Below, piece after piece: positions 47,001-59,056 of a stretch of DNA of 64,000 bases (the stretch's first letter is position 1; each line of letters opens with the position of its first letter). The notes beneath the pieces were generated by a model. That model saw only the letters and a program-made list of their open reading frames with translations, was not told where the DNA came from and ran no database searches. The translations under genes were made by a program, and so were the position numbers. The stretch is from Selaginella moellendorffii (taxonomy: Eukaryota; Plantae; Lycopodiophyta): contig NW_003314272.1 of assembly GCF_000143415.4 (NCBI RefSeq), positions 1,930,374 to 1,994,373 on the forward strand, read 5' to 3'.

Positions 47001-49911
47001 TAGGAGATATATTTTTGGACTTTCACTCCTTAGACTTAAACTCGGTCTTGGACTTTCACATGTCATAATACTTGCCACGTGTTAATTAATATTGTATTAT
47101 TTTCTAAAAAGTTGATTATTAATAATTTTGTATTCATTCCTCTAGTGCTTTGTTAAGAGTTCCACTCATGCTCTTGACTTTTTGAGTTGGAGTTTTTAAT
47201 TAAAATATGTTACGTTCATTAAACTTCCACTTTGGCCATTACCATATAATCCAATTCTAATTTTGAAGAAACTCCATAATACAAGTTGCAATGAAAGTAA
47301 CCCACAATTCCTGTATAATTGGTTTTAAATCTAGAGTCTTGGATGTTTATAACATTATAAAATCAGATGTTTAGTCATGTTGGAAAAAACTATTAAATAC
47401 AGGAATTAATTTCTACAATCTAAGAAAAAAGTTTAACTTATATATGTAAACTTATGAACCATTATCCCAAAATAGAAGTTACTTTTGTGAAAAATAGCAT
47501 TGATATATAGGAAGTAAGATAGGGCAAATAATAATCAATTGTAAATGATATTGACATATAACTTCAAGGGGTGTTATTATATTCTTCATATATGCATATT
47601 TTATGAAGGGGTTTCTTCCATTCAAAAATATTTCATTTCAAGAAGTTGAATGGAAATATAAATATTCCTACAACAAGTAACAAGGATTATTCTAGGTTTA
47701 TCTTTATTTTCAATGATGTGGTTAGAAACAATTGTTAATGCTTGTCACTTTTGTGAAACCTTGAAACCTACCTTATTTTTTGAAAAGCCTTTGTATTTAA
47801 GGTTTGACTGATAAATGGTGCATTACAACCACCCTTTATTATTGTCATATTTAATCCACTTCTTAAATTTTTATATAACATGCATTCCTCATATTTATAG
47901 TTAACCTCTTGATACTTTTATTAAAAATGTTTGTCTTGCTGCTTTTTATCTTTAGCAATTATAAATATGAAGTTAAGCTTACTTTGCTTCCCTCCTTAAA
48001 TATCATAGTGGCCTTCCTTTTATCTAAAGGATCTTTACCCATTATGGTATTGAATTTACCCTAGCTAAATTTATTTAGTATAGTTATAATTATTATAATA
48101 ATTAAAACCTAGAACCAGTCAAAAGCCTTTCATCCAAGAAGGTTAGTTATATTTGAGTTGAACTAGTTTTTTAGAATTTAAACCAGCTCATTACCTTGAG
48201 TTTAGAATTTTATCAACCACTGCTTCTAACATGTAAATGATTTAAGAAATATTAAGCAATTTATAATACATTTTTTACACACTTCGGTCACACTATAAAC
48301 TAAACACAAAAGTAAATAGTTTTGAAGTTGTTTGACTTGTTGCATTTATGATTTATTTCTTAGTTTAATAATAGTGCATTATAAAGAATTTGACTACCTA
48401 AGGACATTCTTCTCCAATATATATATATCATTAATGAAAGATTTGAACTTTGAGGGGCAAGTTTAGTAAAATTTGAATTTAATTCTTAGACATATGATAA
48501 CATTTCATTTCCACCTCCAACTAAGAAAAATCCCTACAACAAAGAAAACCATGGGTAAAAAATCAATGAGGACAGCTTATTAAATCTCCTTTTTTGACAT
48601 TAGTATTAAAATCAAATATATCTCTAGCTTCCTTAATCACACAATTTTACTTACTGATGAATTTTGATTTTTTTCTTCCTTTTCTCATATGACTTCCATG
48701 CTTCATGTTAACAAGTGAAATGGATGATATTAGAATCCATGATGTCATGACAAATAATGGTCAAAATAAATAATTTTCCAATATTCAAAAATATTCATTG
48801 AATAATCTAAATGGTATTCATTTCTTTCTCATCATCATGTGGTTACCATTGACTACGAATTCTACAATTTCTATATAAAACGAAGTTGTGTATTTGAATG
48901 ATTGCAAATAGTTCTTGAGAACAAGATAACTAAAATGATAACAAGTCACAGCCACTAAAAAAGACTATGAAGGAACCAAAGTGTCAAGAAGGAACTAACA
49001 AATGTTTACTTCATTAACTTCTTTGTCCACTATAATTGGAGATTGGAAGTATAAGAAAGGGCTAATGATAATCTTTTATCCTAGCCATGCTAATCCAATT
49101 CTTAGGGGAAGTAGTTTCCAAAGTCTAAAAGATCATCAAGCCTAAACACATCTTCACCACCATGAGCATTTATAGTTTTCAACTGTGTCAACTAGATTTC
49201 ACTTCAAATTTCTTTATCCCTTCTTTAAAAAATTCTGACCAGCTCAAGCTATCTCTTGCCCTATTCTACTTGCTAACCATGCTACAAATTTCTTCTCAAT
49301 CAGGCCTTCAAGATCCAGTGTTGCAAGTTATTCTTTGAAGCAATTGCGAGCAAATACTTAGATGAAGAATTTAATAGCCTTTATGAATTTAATGCTCACT
49401 TCATGTCATATGAGTCCTTTCCAACACAAGAAATCATAGAAATTCTTCTCATCTCAATTAAGCTCACTTAGTTCTTATGTAACAAAGCTTGTCTCTAAAT
49501 AAGAACCCACCATAATGCAAATGATGGAGTTGTGGTTGATTTTTTGCTTAGTGGTTTTTTCAGGCCAAGAACACCTCATCAATCTCCATTCCTACTCTAA
49601 CAAGCTGACTGCACTGTGAATCTCATCCAAGAAGCCAAGCACAAGATCAGGAAACATTTGGTAGAAATTTCGCTTTCCTTGTGGTGCTCAAATTTCATGA
49701 TCATGAATTAGTAGCAATTTGACATAGCTAGCATGGATTTCAGAAGAAATGGGTATTCATTAGAACTAATAGACTCTAGAGCAACCATTTTTTGAGATCA
49801 AAGGAAAAAATGACCTTACTTGAAGACTTAGAGTTTAGAGCAAGAATGAACTGGCTCAAGCCTTTTAACATGGTTTATAACATCCAAACCTAAAACTATA
49901 ATAAAAATTTC

Positions 49912-51950
49912 TCAATAGTAAACCGAGTTTTTCCACTCTCCAATAGCTCTTTCAAAGTTAAATGTTTCAATAAATGGCCCTTCTAAGCTAATCATGAGAT
50001 TTTCATCTATCAACTTAGTGGAAAGTTTATTTCTAAATGTTGTTTTCATTAGATTAATTCTACTATATCCATGTTTGCAATTAGCAATTTTGCAACATTG
50101 TATCATACCAATTTTCACCAAGGTGGGAAATTTGTCCATCTAAGATAAATGCTTATGAATAACTCCCTATGTATTAATAAAACCTTTTCCCTTTTTGTAA
50201 TGTACCTTATCTCTCTCCCCTTAAGCCAACTGGAAAAAGGGCAATTGCTTGATGAGAGAGCCCTTAATGGCTATTTTATCCCCATTTATCCCCCAAAGTT
50301 CCAAAGATCCACAGTGACAGTATATCCAAATCTCATCCCATGATCACATGCGCTACACTCACCCCCCTTTAGAGATGTCAATGTCCTCATTGACTATTAA
50401 CTAACAACCCCTACTGAGCCAAGGGGAACTAACACCTCCATTTCCACAATCAATCTACCAATCCTTCCATTGTGTAGACTAGCTATTCCATGTGAATCAA
50501 CTAGTCATCCACCCGTACCGCAGTCCCACAGTGGATACCTTCGTCTGTGGATACTCCACACAAGAGGAAAGACGTATGCATGGATGCCCACTACGTACGA
50601 TTTCAAATTTAGAAGTAGGAATATCCATCCCATAACTCACAATTGTAAGACCACCATCTCCAATATGCATCAAGATAGGGACTTTTGTTTGCATGATGTG
50701 AACACGAGCAATGAGTTAACACCTCGTTGCAAATCATCTCTCCAAGAAGAGAAAATGATTTACGTGTTTGATCCTTCGTTCCTGACGACTCTCTTTTCGG
50801 TCTCATCTTTGACTAAACCTTAAGCTTGCTTTCGCATTGCCTTCAATCCAATCCAAGAAAAGTTTATGAGAGAGCATAGCAATGACTACTTGAACCAATA
50901 GACTAATCCCTATAGTCTTGATTGATTCACTCATAATCATGCCTAGGAAGGATCCACTAGTGCCGTGCTAAACAGCGACGGACCAGCCTATTTGCCACTC
51001 ATAGTAAACCTAGGGAAAGTTTATTTTCACCCATGGTACATGGAATAACTCATGGAACCACCGATAGGCTAACATTAATCCTGCCAACTCAAAGTGTAAA
51101 CTCGAGTTGCTAATGCGCCTCACTCACGAGCCCAAGCGCAAACTCGTGTAACGGAACAACTCAGTCCACCCTATGAGCCCAAGAGCAAGCTCACATAATA
51201 TGGAACAAAAAGGTAACCAAAACCTATCCCAAGGAAACAATGCGAAGTCTTTGCACCAAAACGTGTACCCACTCGGATCATCGTTTTCATCTCTGCGTAT
51301 GCAATGAGATTAGTTGCTCAATCTCATTGGATAGTTCTCGCCGAGACTCATACTCCGATACCAACTGTAGTGCACCTTATCTCTCTCCCCTTAAGCCAAC
51401 TGGAAAAAAGGCAATTGCTTGATAAGAGAGCCCTTAGTAGCTATTTTATCCCCATTTATCCCCCAAGGTTCCAAGGATCCACAGTGACAGTATATCCAAA
51501 TCTCATCCCATGATCACATGCGCTACACTTTTGCTCTTTAGTAGTTATACATTTTCAAAAACCATATTCCTCAAGAACTAAACATGAGCCCACATTACCA
51601 TTCATGAACTCTCTTTTTACTTCTGGTGTTCCATAAAATAGAATAAATTCTTTTTGCTCAGCAACTCTATAACCTTTTATGTCACACATAATTGATGGAA
51701 GATTGATAGTAATTAAGACCTTCATTAATGTAAAAGGACCCAAAATAACTTTAAGCAATCTATTCTTGATGCTTTCTTTGGGCATATATACAAATATCTC
51801 ATAAATATCAATGCCTCTTGTAAATCTTACCTATTTGAGCATTTAAACATCTCCACCTTTGTAATCCTTTAACTGCACCTTTGTGACTACAATTAAAAGA
51901 CCATTACTACTATATGAATTAACTTGATAACATATATTTGTAAGACACAA
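49912..51950 (-). mobile_element. Degenerate hAT-like (ZNF862-type) transposase remnant, interrupted by an LTR element
   Basis: FPTLVKIG...ANCKHGYSRINLMKTTFRNKLST...MISLEGP...FERAIGEW resembles the hAT dimerisation domain. Upstream coding remnants continue at 51555-51785. Confidence 0.65.
50196..51527 (-). mobile_element. Complete non-autonomous LTR retroelement (TRIM/SMART-like), 1332 bp
   Basis: 162-bp TG...CA direct repeats at 50196-50357 and 51366-51527, with a CTTTT TSD on both sides. On the minus strand, PBS TGGTATCGGAG follows the 5' LTR and PPT AAAGGGGGGTGAG precedes the 3' LTR. Confidence 0.92.
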
Positions 51951-52369
51951 ATCCTTAAACCCTAAAGTGGGGTTGAAAGGGTGTCATATGGTAGTGGCTA
52001 AAGCGGAAGTCCAACAAATATAACATGTTTGGACTAAAAGTTTTGACTTAGAAAGTTGAGAGCGAGAGTGGACTTTCTAACGAAGTGCTTTAGAAACAAG
52101 TATATAGCAATTAATAAGTGAGTCTCTAGAAAGGGACATAAAAAGGACTAACACATAGCAAGTGTCATGATATATAAAAGTGTCAAGACTAAGTTGGGCT
52201 GTGGTATTTCGAAATATCATCCCAAAATCCTAGTTCATGGAAAGAAAGAAGAGTGGTCCTTTTGTTTGGTGACCAAGGGTATGATTATTGTAAGGAACTA
52301 ACTCCCCGAGATGTTGGAGACAAAAAAAACCTTGAAATCATGACTGGAATGATAAAGGGTTTATAGGAT

Positions 52370-52510
52370 GAGACTGAGTTCGAGATTGAATCCAAGACCA
52401 AGTTCAAGACCAAGTCCAAGACCAACTTTGGGACCGAGTTCGAGACTAAGTCCAAGATTCGAGATCGAGTCTAAGATTGAGTCCAAGATCGAGTTTGAGA
52501 CCGAGTCCAA
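52370..52510. repeat. Degenerate ~12-bp tandem array (consensus ~GAGACCGAGTCC), probably inside an older LTR starting near 51982
   Basis: aagaccaagttc aagaccaagtcc ... gagaccgagtcc. A purine tract ggggttgaaaggg precedes TGTCA at 51982. Confidence 0.65.
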
Positions 52511-52567
52511 ATATTAATACAAGTCATGGGGTGAAAGTCTAAAGAGTGTGTCTCCCAAGGGGGGAGG

Positions 52568-53160
52568 TGTAAACTCCTGAGTTTGGACTTCCCGGGAGGT
52601 CACCCAACCCAGTACTATTCAAACCCAAGGACGCTTAACTCCAAATATCCCAAGACCCTTAACCGATTGGAAAACGGGGTGCACTCTTGTTCATAGGCCC
52701 TTTCCCTCTATATTTGAACCCCATGGATCATCTCTCAAGTCGTTCCCTTTGGTTGCTTACAATCCACCACGCTTCCCTACAAGTTCACGCCCTCGTGAAC
52801 GGAAGCTGAGAGCCGCAGCTCTCCTGAGAGCCCCGCTCTCTTGACACCCTACCCCTCAGGTCGAGCCCAGCAGGAGCAAACTGGACCAGCCAGATGTCAA
52901 TCAACATGTGGTGTGATTCCCCTAGCCAACCAACAGAGTCGGACCTGAGACCCCTCTGATACCAAATGTAAGCTCCTGAGTTTGGACTTCCCGGGAAGTC
53001 ACCCAACCCAGTACTATTCAAACCCAAGGACGCTTAACTCCAAATATCCCAAGACCCTTAACCGATTGAAAAAGGGGGTGCACTCTTGTTCATGAGCCCT
53101 TTCCCTCTATATTTAAACCCCATGGATCGTCTCTCAAGTTGTTCCCTTTGGTTGCTTACA
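52568..53160 (-). mobile_element. Cassandra-type TRIM with 5S rRNA-derived sequence in both LTRs, 593 bp
   Basis: 194-bp TG...CA LTRs at 52568-52761 and 52967-53160, GGAGG TSD, PBS TGGTATCAGAG, and a PPT. The 5S-like core AGTTAAGCGTCCTTGGGTTTGAATAGTACTGGGTTGGGTGACCTCCCGGGAAGTCC lies at 52585-52640 and 52984-53039. Confidence 0.93.
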
Positions 53161-55195
53161 GGAGGTTGCAGGAGGTTCTAAAAGTATAGTAGGGATAGTG
53201 AGGTCTAGGAATCAGTCTTGAAGGAACTCTCCAGTGGTACTTCCAAACTAACTTCAGGTTAAAACTGGGCTTAGGGGCATCAGGTGGGAGTGAGTATAGA
53301 CTAGGGTGGTGTTAGAGGGGCCACCCAAGGAAGTGCTCAAGAGCAACTCCCACTCCCGAAATACTCCCGACTCATGTGGAGTGGTGTCTCACTTGAGTAC
53401 TTTATAGCTCATTGGTCTTTACTCTTCCTAAGGGTTTAGGCATTCCTTTTGGGATGGAAGTGGGGGAGTAGTGGTACCTATATTAGGTTGTTAAGCCATA
53501 ATGTTCCCCCCCTCCCCCCCTCCATGTCCCGAAGTAAGTGTTGCACTCAAGGTTTGGGATTTAGAAGGCCCCATGATCAACTCTTGTTATACTAAAGGAT
53601 GTTAGGGATTTGGAGGCTTAGTGTGTTTGGTTGCTTGTGTTTATAGGAAGTGTAGCCAAACTTTAAGTCCAGTTTAATCCGGGAAGGGAGATTGGAAGAG
53701 AATTTAGGAATCTGTGGATGGATGGTTAATGTTCTATTATTTGTGTAATGAGGTGTTAAAACCAAGTAAGACCAAGTAAGAGCTAGTATAATAAGTGGGA
53801 ACTTTGGTGAGGGAACTTAACTAAGGCCAAGGTAGTAATGGTTAGATAAATGAGGTAAGTTGATAAATTAAAAAAGAAAAATTTATCATTTACAATTATG
53901 TGGTGAGGAAATCCTAGAGGTTAGTAGGGCTTAATGAATGGCCCTTTAAGCACTAGATCAATAGTGGTGTTAATAAACATTACCATAGATAATGAGGGAT
54001 TTGGTGGGGATTGAAAAAGGGATATCGAAGGATGGTGTTTTGGGGCATTATAATGATGTTAAAGTGTGGTCATGGGATGACCATTAATGGATGGATGGCT
54101 TAATCTTGGAGAAACAAGATTGTGTTGCGGGTGGCTTGGACTACCAATGAGACAACGGCAAATGGGTTAAAATGTTAATGGCATCTTTAGGTGTCGAAAG
54201 TGAGATTGGATATATAAAACACTTGGACTAATGCAAAGCTAATGTGGTTTTGAGATCACATCTAGGGGTAAATGGGTACCCCAAGGTAGATGAGGATTTA
54301 TAAAGCTTGTGAGTGAGACTCATCCAAAATGTCAAAGACATGATTAAGTGACTAAAGTAGAATGGAAAATTTAATTGTTTATAATGTTATTAAGGAAGTT
54401 TGCATTACAATTAACCTCATTATCCAAGTAATAGAGCTAAATCTTTACTACTCTATATTGCTCTATACAACTATAGAGCTGGAGGCTTGTATAGAAATAT
54501 TAGATAATCAAAAAATTATTAATATCATGGTTGCGGGAGGTTTACAATGAGTTCCACCTATTATGTAAATCTTATCTCCTAAGTGGACATATCTAGGTCT
54601 AGTGACTTTGGAAATGCATAAGTATATTTTTGTTTTACCACTTCTCCTCATGTCACTAGACTTGTCAAGTGAGAGGATTTAGTAGTTCAAAAGAACTAGG
54701 TTTCTAAATTGTGATTTATAATGCATTTTAAGTATAAGTTAATGTACCAGCATAGAGAGTCACACCAGGCATCTTAGGTGATGCCATTTGATGCCCAAGT
54801 AAGAAAGATAGTGAGTGAGGAGTACAAAAATAACATTATACCTATGTTAACTGGATGCTAAAAGACATTATAAACCATGTATTATTATGGAAAGTTTTTG
54901 CTCTCCTCATTATAAAAGTGTTTTGGAAGTTCTTTCAATCTGGAAAGAAATGCAGGAGTTCTCTATGGGTGAACCATGGATTTCACAAAAGATAAGTAAG
55001 GCTGGAAATTCAAAACAAAATACTCATAGATTTAAATCATAGCTATTTTAAGGTTTGAATATTCAAAATTGAAAATCTATATACCGTTTTATAGAGCCTA
55101 ATTGCCTATTCCGAAGACAAAAAAAAGAGACCTCGCCCAGTTTATCGACCAGCATAGATCAGTCAGTAGACACCAGAATCTGCCGCCGATGTAAA

Positions 55196-56403
55196 CTACA
55201 AAGTTTTGGCCAGCCCCTGCATAGCTCGAAAGTGAAGCGATGTCGATGGCATGACAAGCGGCCAGTCCTCCTCCGGGATACCTTCAATGTCGTTACCCCA
55301 CGCTGTGAGTGTCCTATACTGCAGGAGGTCATACTCGATGAGACTGTTCACCTTGCCCATGGAAAGCTTGTTGCAGAGAGTCATGTAGGGCGTAATACCA
55401 TTCTTGTGTTCCACCAAGGTGGACACTACGGTCTTCCAATCGTCCTTCGTCCAGCACGGCTTGTTAGGCTTGTTGGCAGGGAGGTCCTCTGGAAAGCAAG
55501 CAACCTGTACCTCCAAACGGCAGCTTGAGAGAAGAGAGGCCTTCACAGTGTCCCATGACTCAACACTCCGAGCAGCTCTGGATAGTAAGCCCATCCGGCC
55601 ACCCATATTGTCCTTCCACAACTCGTCAGACACTCCACCGAAACCCCTTGGTAGGCGCGTCTCAAAGAACTGGCGAGCTTCCGCTTCGTTTAAATCGCCT
55701 ATGTTCAAAGTGTCTTCTCGGAGGCTGCCTATGTAGCCCTCAAGCCAAGTCCTGAAGAAGTTCTCCGAGGACGCCAGCACCACATTCATGATGCGCTCCT
55801 GCTTCGTCACCATCACAAAGAAGGCAAGCAGCTGGTCGAGATGTTTCTTGGTCCCTGGATCTGTGGCCCAAGTGTGCAACCTGTTCGCCTCATCCAGAAC
55901 GACGTCGGATAGGCCTTGGCATAGTCCCCGCCTTTCAGAACCAGGCTATTCCAAGACACACCGTAGGACCTGATAGCTGCAAGAACGCTGTCCATGTCGT
56001 CCGCCTCGTCCATCTGGAGCTCCAGTTGACCCTGCACCTCCTGAAGAACACCGCAGCTTTCCAGCTTGGTAGATAGAGTCGCCTTGACAGAGGGCAAAAA
56101 GCTGGACTTGAACATTCGGGCAACGCCCCTCAGAGTAACTGAGCCCGTATTGCGCATGTCAGCGATGGAGGATACTCCAGGGTACTCACCCTCACCTTGC
56201 TTCTGCAGGAATTCCCTCAGAAGAGCAATCTTCCCCGAATCCTTTGGTCCACTCACCACAACGAGATTGCCTCCCGAAACCACATCCCCCGAGTCACCTA
56301 CAGCGGCCACAAGGCGCCCATTCAGCGCCGCGAGCTCGTCCTTCCTGTTGAAAAACGTCCGCCCCTGATTGAACTTAGAGAAGCGCCTAAGCATCGAAGC
56401 CAT
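55196..56403 (-). pseudogene. Intronless P-loop ATPase (ATPase_2/STAND-like with C-terminal helical domain), frameshifted near 55905
   Basis: FFNRKDEL...VVVSGPKDSGKI (Walker A) is in one frame. VVLDEANRL (Walker B), VTKQERIMNVVLASS, IGDLNEAEARQFF and GGRM are in another. Confidence 0.75.
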
Positions 56404-58360
56404 AGCTAAACCTTTGCAGCCCTAAACCCAAAAAGTAAAACCCTTAGAAATACCTTACTAAAATTTTAGCTAGTAGTGACCATGGCAAATCTTGAATGCA
56501 TTGAGCAAGGAACAGGCCATCTGCTGAGCTCCATCCCTACGATCATATAAGGAATGTGAGTTTTAGGGTTTGTGGATGGCATCGATGGTGTTTGAGGGAC
56601 CTTCTATATACAACAGTTTTTAGTATGGTTTCGTTTTTAATTACATTTTTGCAAACTTGTAAGGGTGGATATTTACTTACCATTTAACGGTTATTATTCG
56701 TTTATATTTCTTGTATTCAAAATTTATAAACATGCTTATATTTATAATCTTTTCTATACACTTTCTAGTATATTCTAGTATATTCACTATCTAATGGTTG
56801 ATATATAATAAAATTAATCTTGTGCTTATTAATTTATTAACATGTTTATATTTATATAATTCCTTTTGGTCAATTTTATTAAAAAAAGTAGGAATAACAC
56901 TACATGCAACACAGCAAATTATTTAAACTAACCATGAAAAATATTCTTATTAGAAGTAAGTTTGATTGGATTGTGGGTTTTTAATGAGGGTTTTTGTAAA
57001 AGCTAAAGTAGTTTTCTGTTTATTTAGTAGGTTTCTGTTCTAGCTCAATATATTATCAGTTCAAGACCATGAATTAATATTTCAACTTTATGTATGAGTT
57101 AAATTAGTTGTTTTAGATATGGTTTTAAACAAGGTTTTGAGTATTATTTATTAATCCAGCTAATAGGTTTTTATGTAGTTTTTATTGGCTTGTTATTATA
57201 GTTGGTTTCTTGACTACTTTTCATAAAATGTAAAGTAGGCTTATAAATGTGTTATCAGTTTTGGCACTTGTTTACTAATTAATTAAAATTATTGTCATTT
57301 ATTTGTAGTAAACTATTGAGTGAGTATATCTATAAAAACTTGTCAATTTTTTCATTAGGTTTTACTAGGCTCTTCTATTTTCTTTCTCAGACCAGCATTA
57401 ATTTATCAACCTTGGCAAGACCTGCTTGGTCATGGATGTGGCTAGGGCTAGTATTGCTTTCCTGTAGCCATAACCATAGTTAACACTCATTTCATAATGG
57501 CTATAGCTAGCCAATCGCCCTCGTTAGCACTTGGAAGTTTGTTTTAGACCAAGTCATCAATGAGAAAGAGTGCCTATTCATCTTTAAGATGGTTATATAG
57601 CTATAGTTGCTCTATAGCCCTCCCACAACAATGGCATTAATAATTAATAATTTTGAAACTCAAAACATTAGTCATTTATGACTATTAGAATATCCCATAA
57701 GAAGTGAAGAATGTATATGTGACAAAAGTTCTAAGCTTTCTTTGTGGGCTGATTTGAACAGTCTTTAAACACTTGTATAACACTCAATAGCTCTCTACCA
57801 ACTCAATCACCTAATATTTTGAATTCTATACAACTTTAGTGTTGCATAGTTAAATTTTTGTTTCACTGTCACAAGTACCTCTATTTTATTTGAGCTCTTA
57901 AAAAAGAAAGTAATTACTTTATTGACAAGTTCATTGTAAGAAATTAAATTTTTTATTCTACTTTAGTCATTTCAATGACTATTTAGAGGAATCTCACTCA
58001 TAACCTCTATAGGTCCTCATCCTAATTTAAGGTAATTGCTAAGAGTGATCTTAAAGCCATATTGATTTCACACTTTGTCCAAATGCTCTATATATCAAAA
58101 TTTTGTTTTAAACACCTACACAGCTATAAAATCATAATTATAACCTATTGCTATAATTTCATATGCATTGTTATATTGTTATAGCTCCAAAATGCCCTCA
58201 TCTTTTTTAGCATTCTTTGTATGTCTATTTTTATATATTTTATCATCATTACAAAGCCTTCAAACTTCCTTTGCTCTATCACTCTTTAATCAAAAGTGGA
58301 AAAATGACAAAACTAAAATGTTTCTACCCCATATGTAAATGTTATTTTACACCTATTGAA

Positions 58361-58702
58361 TATACAAATCCTTTCACAATTAAATGACTTTATTAGGTAA
58401 TTTTCACATAACATTGCACAAACAATATATAGAGAGTGTACTTCTAAAAAACTTTGCTAAAGAATACTAAATTCTATCATGAGCACAAAGCATGACATTT
58501 TGCTTATTAGCTAAATGACAAAATTATGCTTCACATCTTAAGTGTACAAATCCTTTCATAATTAAGTGACTTTATTGGGCAATTTTCACACAATACTAGT
58601 AAAATAATATATAAAGAGTGCACTAAGTTCTAAAAAACTTTGTTTATCCTTGAGCACAAAGCATAACACTATGCTCAAATTAGCTAAATGACAAAATTAT
58701 GC
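58361..58702. repeat. Diverged tandem duplication of a ~170-180-bp unit
   Basis: tacaaatcctttca...ttagctaaatgacaaaattatgc occurs at ~58361-58529 and ~58543-58702. Confidence 0.8.
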
Positions 58703-59056
58703 CTTGTGAATTTTACCATTACCCATTTGTTCAAAATACAAAGAATAGAGAATAAACCAAGTTATAGGCTCAATGGTTTTTCTCTATCATACATCAAATA
58801 TAACTTTAGTCATTTTTGGCAAATGTATAGTAAAATAAGTTTCTTAGGCTTGTAACTTTAATCACATTTGGCAAGTGTATAGTTTCTTGATGGGCCCATA
58901 TAACATATGACATGCTACTTTATTTAATTGTTATAGACTATAGTGGCCCTTAACTGCCATATTGCTCGATTGGATGGAGAACTTCAAATGTGTTATTTAT
59001 ATAAAATTGAATCCTATATAGTATATATTCATCATTTGTAGAAGATAAATATATAT

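Noticed and set aside
52370-52510. CRISPR-like array
   Set aside because: Contiguous degenerate 12-mers without unique spacers, in a eukaryotic TE context.
52585-53039. Genuine 5S rRNA genes
   Set aside because: Only the ~56-nt internal part is present, embedded in LTRs, without the 5S termini.
53200-54950. Possible Gypsy gag/pol remnants
   Set aside because: Probably TE-derived, but no RT or integrase motif could be read with confidence.
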